Notes: generated by a model not told the origin, from the sequence alone. A stretch of DNA of 64,000 nucleotides from Octopus vulgaris (GCA_951406725.2 OX597826.1:11222001-11286000); one strand, 5' to 3'; positions 13,491 through 27,563 are shown, counted from the first letter of the stretch. Translations and numbers: made by a program.

Positions 13491-13560
13491 TAACAGAAAC
13501 CCGTCTCATCCAGGCTTAGATTATCGGTAGTCTAAGCCTGAATGAGATAGGGGTCTGTTA
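13491..13560. repeat. 70-bp near-perfect palindrome with no spacer
   Basis: TAACAGAAACCCGTCTCATCCAGGCTTAGATTATC|GGTAGTCTAAGCCTGAATGAGATAGGGGTCTGTTA. By my count 31 of 35 positions pair, including 3 G-U pairs. It is bounded by TA. Confidence 0.85.
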
Positions 13561-14068
13561 CATTATTGATTTTACCAAACCACTACTCCATTCGTAACTA
13601 GTTGGAATCATAGAAAGTCTAAGTTTTAACAACGGAATTTCAGTTATATTAATTATATCGTTTTATTATGTTAAATATACAGGTTATGTTTTCGATTTCG
13701 TTTTATAGTTAAGATAATTAATTGATTAACTAACATTCGTACTTCTTTCATAATGTTAAAGATTTCTATAGTTTCTTAAGCGAGTGAAAGCGGAACCCGC
13801 GAACACACGTCGTGAAAAGCAGAATAAATAATATAGATAATAATGAATAAAAAAAGAACGGGTTTTCATTATTGTCTGTTTTATTTTTTGTTATTACAAA
13901 ACATTAATAATACAATCATTTTATGCTTATTTATTTCCTTTTGCTTTAAATAAGATAAGTTTGCAATAAACTTCACTGATGAAACTTGGACAGCCATTTT
14001 GGACGAAATCTGTAATAATTCCTGTGAGAAATGTATACGAATTTAATGAGTTTAATATTTATCCAATA

Positions 14069-14451
14069 CTAGCAGTATCGCCCGGCGTTGCTCAGGTTTG
14101 TAAGGGAAATAACTATAAAGCATTTTTAGAGAGTTATAGCCAAAAAATAGCAAAAAAATGGAAAAAAAATGATGGTAAATTTTTTTGAGAGTTAAAAAAG
14201 GTGGAGTTGTGTCCCCTAGACGGTCTGTGGTTTGGGTTTCTGATTCTCGACCCCATGTCGAATTTATCGATTTTTTCAGAACTGGGGGAACTTTTCAAAA
14301 TTTTCGCTGCGTTAGTTTTGAATTATGACATTGGGCTATGTGTGTGTCAAGTTTCATCAGAATCGGTTGAAAGCCGTGGTCAGGGTGAGGGTACGAGAAA
14401 ACAGACCCACAGAAACACGCACAGACAAACTGCCGTTTATATATAGAGAGA
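14069..14451 (-). mobile_element. Non-autonomous Helitron
   Basis: The minus strand begins a|TCtctctatatataaacggcag and ends ...cctgagcaacgccgggcgatactgCTAG|t. This gives a 5' TC, a subterminal GC-rich hairpin, a 3' CTAG and insertion between A and T without a TSD. Confidence 0.85.
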
Positions 14452-14606
14452 TTTATTTCTGTATCTCTCATTGTTTGATTCTCACGTGATCTAGTGGCAT
14501 ATATGTGGCACAAAGGTTTGTGCCTAATTCTGGACATACTGTTAGTCAATATTTACGTTTGATGCAACAATTCTGCTGCTCACTCGGTTACTTTGGTTCT
14601 TGTTTA

Positions 14607-14645
<39 letters not shown>

Positions 14646-15005
14646 GATATTAATGCAAAATTGAAAATGTGAATAATAATGTCTAAGGGAGGTAATGCAA
14701 TGGAACGATGGTAATTTTTGTTCTATAATTTCATAAAGCGGCATGCGAAAACTGGTGGAGGCCAATTAAACATGGAAGGAAACTGTTGAGTGTTGACTAT
14801 TTTTGCCATGGCGCATGTGTTTTGTGTACATTAGTTCTTTCTATGATTTTGTCATTAACAATAAATAAATAGGTAAATAAATAAATAAAACCAAAGCTAC
14901 TAGCTGTGAATACACACAGCCACATACACGCACACACAGGCACCGACACGCTCTCTCACATGCACAGAAACGCACACACATATACATTCATACATATGAA
15001 TACAC

Positions 15006-15237
15006 AGCGAGCTGGCAGAAACGTTAGCGCACCGGGCGAAATGCTTATCGGTATTTCATCTGCCGCTACGTTCTGAGTTCAAATTCCGCCGAGGTCGACT
15101 TTGCCTTTCATCCTTTCGGGGTCGATAAATTAAGTACCAGTTACGCACTGGGGTCGATGTAATCGACTTAATCCGTTTGTCTGTCCTTTTTTGTCCACTC
15201 TATGTTTAGCCCCTTGTGGGTAGTAAAGAAATAGGTA
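15006..15237 (+). mobile_element. Meta-domain-type SINE (family B) with a Tx1-like tail
   Basis: Near-identical to 10805-11040. Confidence 0.8.
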
Positions 15238-15872
15238 TATGTAGGTGCGTGACCTTGTAGTTATGACTTTTCACTGACGATTGCGAAACAGTGGTTTTGA
15301 TTCCTGGACCGGGTGAAGCGTTGTATTCTTGGACAAAACGGTTTATTTCACATTGTTCTGCGATCGCTTCGACTACTGACCGGTGGCATAGCGTGCACCC
15401 GTGCAGCCAGTGTCGATTTGACAGAGGAGTGGACTGCTTTACATTACAAACATTTGATCATGCTAAACAAATGAACACCGAGATATTTCGAGGTCCTCAT
15501 CGTTCATCTGCGACTGGAGAAACCACAACGTATATACGGGTACATGGTTATATATTTATGTGTTTGAGTGTGCGTGTGTATGTGTGCGTGCGCGAGTGCG
15601 TGTATGTGTGTGTGTACACGTGTGTGTACTTGTGTGTGTGTGTGTGCATGCATCAGATTTGTAAATAATATTAGTAAATTTAGTGTAAGACTACACATGC
15701 AGAGTAAAAAAGAATGTGCTTATGTAAAGTTCATAATTTTCTTTAATTAATTAATTAATTTTCTTTAATTTTCTTTAAATAATGGTCAGAGGAAATGGAA
15801 TCAAATCTTGATAAAGAATCGAATGCACGCTCCCTTAATATTTAGTTACAACCTTATTACAGTCACACTTGA

Positions 15873-15953
<81 letters not shown>

Positions 15954-15981
15954 GTCATCAAATAAATATATATATATATAA

Positions 15982-16163
15982 AAAACTTTTGTGACTGCTT
16001 CTGCGCGACACAGTACAATACATATATATCTATTCGTGTGTGTGTGTGTGTGCGTGCGTGTGTGTATGTGTGTGTGTGTGCGTGTGCGTTTTGGGTGAGC
16101 AATGCATTATAGAGACAATATCATCTGCGTTGACATACTTCATTTGTAGAGAATCTTTCACCC

Positions 16164-16233
<70 letters not shown>

Positions 16234-16298
16234 TACACGCACGAATAGATACGTATGTATTGTACTGTGTGTCGCGCAGAAGCAGTCACAAAAGTTTT
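15982..16298. repeat. Fold-back element with long inverted arms containing (TG)n/(CA)n
   Basis: The left arm aaaacttttgtgactgcttctgcgcgacacagtacaataca...tattcgtg(TG)n ttttgggtga pairs with tcacccaaaa(CA)n cacgaataga...tgtattgtactgtgtgtcgcgcagaagcagtcacaaaagtttt. It is flanked by (TA)n. Confidence 0.85.
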
Positions 16299-16320
16299 AT
16301 ATATATATATATATATATAT

Positions 16321-16452
16321 AATTATAAATTAGGGTATCTACGAGATACCACCATGCTGAAAATAGCAGCCATGATCTGACTCTAAAACCACCTTAATTG
16401 TCCATATCATGGACAGCATGGTGGTATCTCGTAGATACCCTAATTTATAATT
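16321..16452. repeat. Perfect 39-bp inverted repeat with a 54-bp spacer
   Basis: aattataaattagggtatctacgagataccaccatgctg (16321-16359) is the exact reverse complement of 16414-16452. Confidence 0.9.
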
Positions 16453-16635
16453 TTAATAATTATTACCTTCGAAGGTTATTTTTTCCATGCTGACCACTTG
16501 ATAAAATAGTTATTTTATTTTAAATTAACGATCTTATCCTTATTTATATAAATTTAAATATATATATATATATATATATTTATTCTATATTAAATCTCGG
16601 AACGAGAGGTAAACAGTAACAGTACGGAATCGTAA

Positions 16636-16856
16636 AATATACTTGTCGGCTAAATGTGGGGTCCCATAGAGGACAATGTTACTGTTGTCTTTAGCTCCAG
16701 GACGACATCTACCCCAGCTGGCTAACGACACGCTGTATCCGCAAATACTAATAGGACACAGACAGTGTGTCGTTAGCCAGCTGGAGGAGATGTCTTCCTG
16801 GGGCTAAAAACAACAGTAAGATTGTCCTCTACGGGACCACCACAGTTAGTTGGCAA

Positions 16857-16865
<9 letters not shown>
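16636..16865. repeat. Imperfect inverted repeat with ~100-bp arms
   Basis: atatacttgtcggctaaatgtggggtcccatagaggacaatgttactgttgtctttagctccaggacgacatct...cagctggctaacgacacgctgt pairs with acagtgtgtcgttagccagctgg...agatgtcttcctggggctaaaaacaacagtaagattgtcctctacgggaccaccacagttagttggcaagtgtatat. Confidence 0.85.
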
Positions 16866-16891
<26 letters not shown>

Positions 16892-16931
16892 CATTTGTGT
16901 GTGTGCGAGTGTATGTGTGTGCGTGCGTATA

Positions 16932-17013
<82 letters not shown>

Positions 17014-17014
<1 letters not shown>

Positions 17015-17180
17015 TATTTAAAAGCAGTAGAAAATTCCAGAAAACCTGTTACTCTGAGTTTCACGTGAAATTCAGAGTAACAGGTTTTGTTGAATCTTCT
17101 GCTGCTTTTAAATAAAGCATATTACTCTACCCCTGGTATTTGAGTACTCTTTTTTGCACCTTATTTCATATTTATGTGTT
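17014..17180 (+). mobile_element. Penelope-like terminal-repeat remnant with a 102-bp spacerless palindrome (17014-17115)
   Basis: The palindrome is centred on TTCAC|GTGAA (17064/17065). The arms read GAAA(c/t)tcagaGTAacagg, the 3' half of a hammerhead fold. It is embedded in (TA)n. Confidence 0.55.
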
Positions 17181-17531
17181 TACATATGTATATATACATA
17201 TACATATATACATATGGGTGTCGGTGTGTGTATGTAAGCATGTATGTATATACTCGACTTTGCGTATTGAAAGAGAATATGATAAAAAGAAACCCACCCA
17301 CACAAGAAATTCGAATTGCAATAAATAATAAATATTTTAGATGACAATGAAAATGGAAATCATTTAATATAATAAATACAGAGTTTCGTGAAAACATTAA
17401 AGAAGGGAATTAGGAAAGAATATGGGGAAAAAAAAGACAAGAAAGTAAAAAGAACAGAAAAACAATTTGGATAAAAGAAGGTATGATAAAAATAAAGATA
17501 GCTATTTACATATCCTTTTGCTGCCACTATT

Positions 17532-17607
<76 letters not shown>

Positions 17608-17647
17608 GCATATATATGTATACATATGCATATATATATATATACAT

Positions 17648-17686
<39 letters not shown>

Positions 17687-17688
17687 CA

Positions 17689-17750
<62 letters not shown>

Positions 17751-17831
17751 TAAATTTATATATTCTCCTTACAGCATCAAGCCAGTCAGGTGACTGTGGT
17801 GCTACAGCCGTCAGTAATACATACATACATA

Positions 17832-17866
<35 letters not shown>

Positions 17867-18207
17867 CGCATGCATGAAGTGAAGTTAATATACATCAGCG
17901 TTCATTCTATGCATTCAAATGTTTAAAATTTTGCTTTGAAAAATAAATAAAACTATAAATTGGAAAACGAACTTGCATTCGAAATTATCAGACGCGAAGG
18001 GAATATTTTTTACACGGTTTGTTTCACTGCAGCAAACCTGAGATGTCTGTCTCTTTGCCTACATATATATTTTATTGCACTACATTGATGCACATATACA
18101 CTGCAGATTCATGGAGAGCTTCGTTTATATTCCGTCCAGCTTGGGAGACTTCTCATGCAGTTGAGCAACAGCAGTTGTATTAATCAATGATTTCCGCTCA
18201 CACACAC

Positions 18208-18351
<144 letters not shown>

Positions 18352-19819
18352 ACATATTGAATGTCTTTGTATTGCAGGTAGTAATCATTTATGTCTTTTT
18401 ATTACGTGTTTAGAGTCAATATATAACAAGTCGTTGAAGGCCCATTAATTCTTTATTGTTTCTTTTCAGACAATTATATCAATACTAATTTATTTGGTTA
18501 CAGTTACAGATTTTTTTTCGATCATTTTAAGATCCAGTTCGTACCACATCATTATCATATTATTTCCAGTATGCTGAGAATATGCAATGACTCAGTATAA
18601 AAGAATGTATTAGAGTTTTGTATCGAATCTCTACAGAGTTCATGTGTGATGGAAGCAGAGCCGTTTCTTCTTTTTTTTTTTAATCATTATTATTAATCCT
18701 TGGAGGATATATTCATATTATCAGGTTCTGAACCACTCTTCATATTTCGTTCTTTGCATTGTGAGATATCACATTATTGTTCTGAGAATTAATAAATTAA
18801 AGGACTTTTTTCATCATTTTGGTCATTGCAACTTATAAAAAATGTCAAAAGAAGGAAAGAAAATCCAAATTTTATTATGGTTATATATGTATATATGTAT
18901 ATATATATATATATATATAGTTGTCTTGCTTTCACGTCATGGAGATGGATTTCCATAGTATCCTAAAATTGTTGAAATATAACGTTTATAAATGTTCATA
19001 CTACGAAGTGCTTTCAAGGACATTTTATGCGTTATTTCAACTGGTTTAATACAATGTCAGTTTTAAAATTGAGACTGAATTCGAAGAACAGAAAATAAAG
19101 AAGGCAATTAATTCAAAGTGGAATTAATAATTAGCTTCCTTTTAAATTGGCAATCCTTTTTAATTATAACAATGTCTTCAAATCCAGAAGGATGTTGCCG
19201 TAAGCAAGATATTTTTGTACGCTTATTATTTATCTTCCCACTTCTAAAATTGTGTGCAAAGAATTTTGACAGATGAATATATTTTAAGTTCGATTCTTCA
19301 CATAAAATAAATAAAGTATATCTATTAAAATATCTCTTTCTGTTCATATTCAACGGCGTCATCAACCAGATCACTATTTTTTGTCCTCCTTTTTTTCAAG
19401 TTAAATCATTAACAGAAAATAAACAAACAAATAAATTAATATATAGATAAATAAATAAATAAATAAATAAATAAACTGTTTAATTTTTTCTTTCTCTCTG
19501 TCTTTCGTTCAAAATATTACACTCGACTACTGATCTCGTCGAAAACTTATAATAAATAACTATTAATTAGAAATGAAATAAATAAAAATAATGTCTTTGA
19601 CAGAATTTCTTGTTTTTTTTTCTTTAGAATCAAAGAAATGTCATAGATGTTTCTTTTTCAATTGATGTTTTCCTTGATATGTCCAGAAAAAAATTGGATC
19701 GATATAAAAGGATGAAATCATAAACCAATTGAATGACTTGCAAACTGTCAGATTTCAGTTGTCGTCATTATTTTCCCTCTCTTTTCGTATCCCGATCGTC
19801 TGCCGTGTTCACGTCCTTT

Positions 19820-20140
19820 TTACGATACATTGATTTCTTCATCTTCGCTGTCGCTTTCGGAGATATTTATGTCCAAATTATGTTCTTCTTGGAAGGAAGA
19901 CGTTGGACTATGTGCCGAAGGACTTAATTCTCTGGAAATGGAATCTAGGTCTTTAGAGTTATCATTTTTTGGCGACCCCTCTATGTCGTCTGATTCGTCA
20001 CCTTTACCAACATCACTCAAATCCGGATTTGGATTATTTTTGTTAGGTAATGTAGATTCTCTGGTACCACCCGAAGATAAAAGTTCTCTTTCTTTCGAAT
20101 TTCGCCATTTCATTCTTCTGTTTTGGAACCATATTTTTAC
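19820..20140 (-). CDS. Dbx: Dbx homeobox gene, last coding exon: homeodomain helix 3, Dbx C-terminal motif and acidic tail
   Basis: The minus strand reads ttttag|GTA AAA ATA TGG TTC CAA AAC AGA AGA ATG AAA TGG = VKIWFQNRRMKWRNSKERELLSSGGTRESTLPNKNNPNPDLSDVG...SESDSEDEEINVS*. The acceptor AG is at 20142-20141 and the exon is 321 nt, phase 0. The post-homeodomain motif SKERELLSSGG.RE.TLP.K.NP.PDLSDV is characteristic of Dbx proteins. Confidence 0.96.
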   Translation of the reverse strand, partial: VKIWFQNRRMKWRNSKERELLSSGGTRESTLPNKNNPNPDLSDVGKGDESDDIEGSPKNDNSKDLDSISRELSPSAHSPTSSFQEEHNLDINISESDSEDEEINVS

Positions 20141-22033
20141 CTAAAATTGAGATAGAAATAAACTGTCAAATATTTATCACATTGGTCAGAAAAATGTTTT
20201 GAAAGATATAAATGGTTTAAAGTATATGTAACTGAAAAACATAATATTTATATGCTATGGTTGGATTTTACTTCGAAATTCATATGTTACCATTGTTTGT
20301 TTAAAAATTAGCCTATGTAAACCTTATTTCAGATCTTTTCAGAAGGCGTAAACCTTCTCTCATAGGTAATTCCATTCCCAAAACAACAAGGGAGCATTTA
20401 TTTATGCGTCGACGAGGGTCTTTCTACACGCTCTAAAATCACGCTCTACTGTATTTCTTAACCCATTAATCAAGGAGAGAAGGGCTTCCGACACTGGTTG
20501 GAAGAAATAAGACACGGTTTCTCAAATCAGATACTTAGTAGCAGAGTGGACAACGCTTTGAAAAAAAAAATTGCACACACAGGGCCAGCTTGTGATGTTA
20601 AATAGGGCAACGAATTAAGTCTACTATCCAGACCTAGAAAATACAACGAACAGTTTCTTGACAGACGAAATAGTTACGACTAGAACGTCTCACTTTTGAT
20701 CAAAGGTCCACCTGATCATGGTTGAACTAAGGATAAACAGTAACGATGCACACACACACTCACACATTACATATGCATGATTTATAATACTCTAACATTC
20801 CATGTATAAATTTATAACACTGTAACATTCCATGTATAAATTATCTGTAAACAGAAATCGAAACGAAATCTTATCGAACTATCTATGTATGTACCAATGG
20901 TTGTTTTGCCACCTTATTTTTCTTCTCAATATACTATAAACGATTTCTATTTAAAATTCATTCTCCTTTATTATATGAGGCTATATTCAATTCCTTTCTG
21001 ATACCATTTACAGTCTATTATAAGCATAATAAATAAAAACGGGGAAAACAATTATAAGATGTAATATCTAGTATTAACAGTTTATTCCTGGTCTTGCCTC
21101 CATTTTCTTTTCGTCAATGATATATGCGAGCACTAGCAGCACAGTGTAGCTAAATGAAATAAGCTGTTTATGCTATTCCTTCTAAGCTGCCACCACTCAC
21201 ATAAAAGCAGTCTAATCAATGATTAGCCATGCTTCATTCATTTCGCTGAGCCAGCTGTTACACTATGCCCCACCTTACAAGAAATGTCACTAACAATGAT
21301 GCCTCTCTTGCTATAATGGATTCTATAACAAGACTTCAGAGCGTTATTGGCATTCTCTTCTTCAATTGATACTGTCTGATATTGTTTGTTTTCTATTTCT
21401 TTTCTTTTAATCCCACTAGATTTCTTAGGTTAGTTAGTATTGGCGGCCGTTTGTCTTAATGCGGGAGAAGCAGATAAAACAGAGATTTGTCGATATAGAA
21501 CAAGATATTTTACAGTTCTGTGTTCGAATCATACCCAAGATGACTCAAACTACCACTGGCATACTTTCAGAAAATGTAGTACCAGTAATATACTAGTCAC
21601 AATGATAAAGAAGTTATCAGAAACTGAAGTCGTTATTGTTACTGCTTAGCCCTGTATACACCTTGATCCAACAGAAATACAATGAAAGACATTCCAGCTG
21701 TGACTATCCTGTCTCTATAGAGATATATAGCACAACACTATCCAATTTGTTCAATATTTTGGGAGATTTAGCTGCTATTCTCGTTGATAAAGTTAAATAG
21801 CAGATTTACAGAGAAACAAATTTGGAATGTCTTTCCTTGGGAGTTTATTCGTTCCCAGACATGCTTAATGATTGAGAATGAGGTGAACAACAGCAACGAA
21901 AATCATATCATCAACCATGGAGTAGTTGTGTTATAGAATATACTATCGACCATTGTTTAGGAGAATAATCATTAGGTGGTAATAAATCACAGGATCTGTG
22001 ATTTATTTTAAGGCATAAGTCAATGTCGATGCA

Positions 22034-22083
<50 letters not shown>

Positions 22084-22087
22084 CTAT

Positions 22088-22162
<75 letters not shown>

Positions 22163-22187
22163 CATATACACACACACACATATATGC

Positions 22188-22242
<55 letters not shown>

Positions 22243-22946
22243 CATACATGCATACATACATACATATATATATATATGTGTATGTATGCATGTATGTATA
22301 TATATATGTATGTATGTATGTATGCATGTATGTATATATGAGTGAATGTCAATAAAAGCTTTTACATTCCATACCGGATAGTTTGATTACGGGAGTAGTG
22401 GTGCTTGCTAGCAGTTCTACAAACGGAACGGTTCCTTTCTTGACATTTATTAAACACGGGTCAAGGAGGAAATTGGATCATAAAACATACTTTTGGCAAG
22501 TTGCATAGAGTGTAAGTCATGCTGCTGCCCAACTATGAAGACGTTCTCGGCTTCAATCTCGACTTGAAATTATTTTCTTCTCATTTGCATCGCTATCTGC
22601 AACTGTTTTATATGATATTGTCTCCGATTCAAAATGCAATATGGCTAATTCTGAATCGGTCTAACCAACTGCTTCTATTACATGTGCGTGTGATAGATAT
22701 TATATGATTGATCAATTCGCACACTTTTGTTTAACACTCACACACACCATTCATATTTACACACATATCCCTACAATATTGAAATATGTACACACTCACG
22801 CACACACGCACGCGCGCGCACACACACACACACTCACAGGAAATAAAGGGGCGTAATTTCCTTTTTGGGAAAGGAAAAATCTATTAACCAATTTAATCTT
22901 CAGCTTATATCTTTTAACTGTGGTATTGCTATTTAATTGTGCATGG

Positions 22947-23009
<63 letters not shown>

Positions 23010-23034
23010 TTATATATATATATGTGTGTGTGTG

Positions 23035-23078
<44 letters not shown>

Positions 23079-23469
23079 CATACATACATACATACAGACA
23101 GACAGACATACATACATACTTACATACATACATACACACATACATACATACATACATTAGATCTATGTTAACAATAGAAAATAATGGACAAATACTCATA
23201 CTGGCATCAAGGCGAAATTACGCCTATGAGACTATAAACACATATGCAACAGACAAATAATAACATTTCTTTCGTTTATCTGTCGGTCACATGATCTGCA
23301 CTCTACTCGTTCAGTCTAATCAGGTGACAAAGTGCATATCTCACTTTCTCTTTCATTCTTTTGCAGTGTCAGTCTTTCTGTCCTTTAAGAATATGTCTTC
23401 CTTTTTTTCTCTCTTTTAACGCAATCCTTTGTCTCCTTAGAAATGTATATCCTGTTGTAATTTTCTTTG

Positions 23470-23516
<47 letters not shown>

Positions 23517-23520
<4 letters not shown>

Positions 23521-23990
23521 AAATAAGCAACAAGGATATCTAAGGTAGTGTAGTACAATCATTTCATGCTACTTCATTTTATTAAACACTGTAAGTATTT
23601 CATCAGTTTTAAAATGTGATCTACAGATGGAGAAGGACATTCTACTACCATGTTCTTTATGATGAAATTAACCTCCCTGTCTATATATCTACCCTCCCTG
23701 TAATGTTGGCAAATGAAATAAGTATAAAAATCTACATTGTTCATTTAATTTTAAAAAAAAATCTATATGTGGCTGAAGATTGCTCGACATTTTAAAATTG
23801 ATGAAATACTTACATTGTTTAATAAAATGAAGTAGCATGAAACGATTGTACTACACTACCTTGGATATCCTTGTTGCTTATTTTGATTATAATCACCCCA
23901 TTTGATTTATATGGATAATGACATACCAAATTCTGGGGCCTTTAACTTAAGTACCATATTCATATGAATTTAAATTTTGCTGAACTCATA
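23517..23990 (+). mobile_element. Penelope-like element remnant with an inverted ~100-bp 5' arm and a hammerhead motif, in the last Dbx intron
   Basis: 23517-23617 is the reverse complement of about 23787-23888. A hammerhead-like fold lies at 23768-23855, and (TA)n flanks both sides. Confidence 0.6.
23768..23855 (+). ncRNA. Putative type I hammerhead ribozyme with extended helix II
   Basis: Helix I UGUGG/CUACA; core CUGAAGA (23773-79); helix II tgct..catttta / taaaatg..agca; GAAAC (23839-43); gatt; GUA (23848-50). Confidence 0.55.
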
Positions 23991-23993
23991 TAT

Positions 23994-24053
<60 letters not shown>

Positions 24054-26034
24054 ATAGAGACACGTTCGGTGTTTCAGTTTGATATTATGGGCTGTTACTG
24101 TGATTACAAATATGCCAATGTCGTTCGATCTGCAACAAATCATGACTCAAGACGATATGGAAACTTATCCCTCTCCTTCATTTGCTCTCCTCTCGTTTTG
24201 TGCACCACCTTTTTCTTTCTTCTTATTCTTGTTCATTTTCAGTTTCCAAATGCACACGCACATGCATAAACACACACACACACACACACACACATACGCG
24301 CGCGCGTATAAAAACAGAGATCTCAAATATATCTTTTGATATTTTACTTGTTTCAGTGATGGGACCGCGGCCATGTTGGCGCATCGCCTTGAACTGCTCA
24401 GTCGAAATTATCGACCCCGGTTTTTAATTTTTTTTTAATGTCTGGTAATTATTCTAAGTCTTCTCCTCATCCAAAAAAGCTATTAAGTAACGAGGAAGCA
24501 AATAAAACCAGCACAGGTTGAAAAGTGGTAATGAGAGACAAACACACACACACACACATTTGTAAGACGGCTTTCACACTGTTTTCGTCTAAAAAATTGG
24601 CCAAGGTGCAGCGTAGTGGGATTAGAACCTAAAACACCAATTTTGAAACTTCAGAAATAATAGATGCCTGTAATAATCCCCCACCACCCTGATCAGCTAT
24701 AGATGGATATTGAAAGATAATCCCCTTAACAAACCTAGTCAGGAAAGAGTCTGTATTCTGGTATTAAACTGATAAACCTGCTAGAAATAGCAGTTAAATT
24801 GCACTCAGATATCCAACTGTCTTTGAAAAAGAGTAGAAACACATTAGAAGAGGCACTGGTTTTGATTTATATGTATCTTATTCCTGTAGCAAAATTGCAG
24901 AAAACACCTGTAGCAATCTATAACATACTCTCTATTCGATCACTCGATTACCTAGAAATAGCAGCTAAATCTTTCCTTCATATAACGTAGTACAAAATGA
25001 ACTATGGCAAAAAAAGAGACAAAATTCGGGTCTTTGATCATAAATCTCAGTCAGCACTGGTCCTTGAGCTGAACAATAGAATAATATTCTTTAATTATCA
25101 TAAATGCTTTCTAAGACCATTCTGAAACTTTGAATTGACAACACAAGATTCAAGATGCTTTGTACTATTTACTACCAATTCTCTGCTTTCCGAGTTGAAA
25201 CTTTAACCCAACCTAGCAGTATTTTTTTCTCCTTAGTGGATGGAGTTAGTATCAATGATGTCAGGGGTCCATTAAATAAATTAAATCCACTCCATCTAGA
25301 AAATATGCAGCCCTTTGTCAGAAGTTATGTTAACGCCAGAGTAAAGAGTACATAACGTAATGACTTCTGTATCATTTTCAAAGACATTAGCTGTTTCAGA
25401 AACCTGCTGTTGCTTCTGTCGAAACCGAATCGCAAATTCAGTTTCGCTCCTCAGTTACACGTCCTACAACGTCACGAAATATGCTTTAAGACGAAGGTGA
25501 GGAAAAATGCTATCTATCAAAAATTATACAAAAACAACTAAACCAAACATAAAAAAACGACACTATCACACACAGACACGAATAAATGAGAGAGTACTTG
25601 GTGTAGCTACGAAATCGTAAAGAGGGATGTTTCGCAATTAAACCAGCTGTTAGTGACATAACAGAGAATGAACACAATCTGACCCTGTTGGACGAAATCA
25701 TGTACAGGATGTCTATTTACAAAAAGGTTGAATTAAAGTGATTGATTTAAAAAAATAGTAATTTATGACCAATTACTGTTATTTTGGAAATGCTAGAGGT
25801 GAGAGCAATGCTGTGCTAGCTGGGGGGCAGGGTCGTTAGGGCTATGACATTTGTGTGTTTGATGGATCGGTCGGTCGATCGGTTGGCTGGCTGGTTGTTT
25901 GCCATTTATTTCAGGATAAAGGTACAATGATTTCCGTTTGGAGAATGAGTGGTGAAGGTAAGGCTAAATAACCAACAAAATATATAAACAGATGACTGCT
26001 ACACGGACATACATAGATACGTAGATACATAGAT

Positions 26035-26144
<110 letters not shown>

Positions 26145-26665
26145 TGATGGCGATGCCAGAAAATTATTAATTAATTTGAAAGGACAGGAGTTCATCGGAT
26201 AAAATATTGTTTAAAGGTGTCTCATGAGATTCTGAAACATTGCATCATGAGAATGTCATACAACTGCTACACACCTATATCATAATATTGCGCACACGCA
26301 TGCACGCACGCACACGCATGCACGCACGCACACACACAAGGGAACCAGAGAATGAGCACTCGTTAAAGGTAATACCCGAAAATAGCAATAATTGTGCGAT
26401 AAGAACATTCAAGGCGTAAGAACCAGAGACTTCTTAATCACCATGGCAACAAGAATACTAATGACGAAGCGGACGAGAGAGGTGAGGTGAAGATAAACAT
26501 CCTTTCCTGGGGCATTTTAAAATGAGAAGAGTTGTTACTGCTGTTGTCGATTGGCCCCAGACTTCTGATCGATCAGACCCATGATCGAAGGTGCTCCAAT
26601 CGCGATCACTTCACCTTTTTTTTCCAACTATAGTGTATCCAGTATTACAATATCCAGTATGTTCA

Positions 26666-26880
26666 AAGGCGGCGAGCTGGCAGAAACGTTAGCACGCCGG
26701 ACGAAATGCGTAGCGGTATTTCAAATTTTTACGTTCTGAGTTCAAACTTCGCCGAGGTCGACTTTGCTTTTCATCCTTTCGAGGTCGATAAATTAAGTAT
26801 CAGCTGCGTACTGGGGTCGATCTAATCGTCTTGCCCCCTCCCCCAAAATGTCGGGCCTTGTGCCTAGAGTAGAAAAGAAT
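26666..26880 (+). mobile_element. Meta-domain-type SINE (family B, second tail type)
   Basis: Same head and centre as 10805, with tail cccctcccccaaaatgtcgggccttgtgcctagagtagaaaag. Confidence 0.8.
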
Positions 26881-27326
26881 ATCCAGTATGTTCCCCTTCC
26901 TTTATTTTCCCTTTTTTTATTTAAAGATAATAATGTGTGATTTGAGGAGACTTGACGCCTATATCTAGTAGGCCGAGCGGACACGTAGAAGCTTCCTATT
27001 TGAAAGAAATAAGATTCTGTGAAATCATAAACTTTCCCCGACGCCATTACCGCCGTCAGTACAAGACCGACGATTTTGAGGGAATGAGTTAGTCGATACC
27101 ATCGATACCCCTAACTTGAACGACACTTTATATTATCGACCCCAAAAAGATGAAACGTAATGTTGGCCTCAGTAGAACTTGAACTCAGAATGTAAAAACT
27201 CAGAACAAATGCTGCAAGACAGTTTTTCTGATGCCCTACAGATTTTTCCAATCTTTCGAGATAATGAAAGGCAAAGCAAATTCAAACAGAAACTAAACTG
27301 AATGATGTGGGTGAATGTGAACTTAC

Positions 27327-27526
27327 CTGTGAATCTTTCAGCCCCAGTTTGGCTGCCAACTTTTTGCGGTCTGGTTTGCTAATATATTTTTGTTTTTGAA
27401 ACATTTTCTCCAACCCTTTACGTTGAAGGTCAGAGAACACAGCTCTTCGTAGCATTCCGCGGCGAGGTTTTCCTCGGATGTTGTTCAAAAACGAAAACGT
27501 ATTCGGTATAGGGAGTAAAGGCGTTG
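27327..27526 (-). CDS. Dbx: Dbx exon: homeodomain N-terminal arm and helices 1-2
   Basis: Acceptor ttttatttatag|CA ACG CCT; donor TCA CAG|gtaagt at 27326. The exon is 200 nt (phase 1 to phase 0) and encodes (A)TPLLPIPNTFSFLNNIRGKPRRGMLRRAVFSDLQRKGLEKMFQKQKYISKPDRKKLAAKLGLKDSQ. It joins in frame to VKIWFQNRR and matches the Dbx homeodomain. Confidence 0.96.
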
Positions 27527-27563
27527 CTATAAATAAAATACACAAAATAAGAACATTAATGCA

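Noticed and set aside
19830-20144. 104-aa plus-strand ORF
   Set aside because: It is the antisense shadow of the Dbx last exon.
20781-20842. 30-bp tandem duplication (similar small one at 39683-39780)
   Set aside because: Ordinary local slippage duplication.
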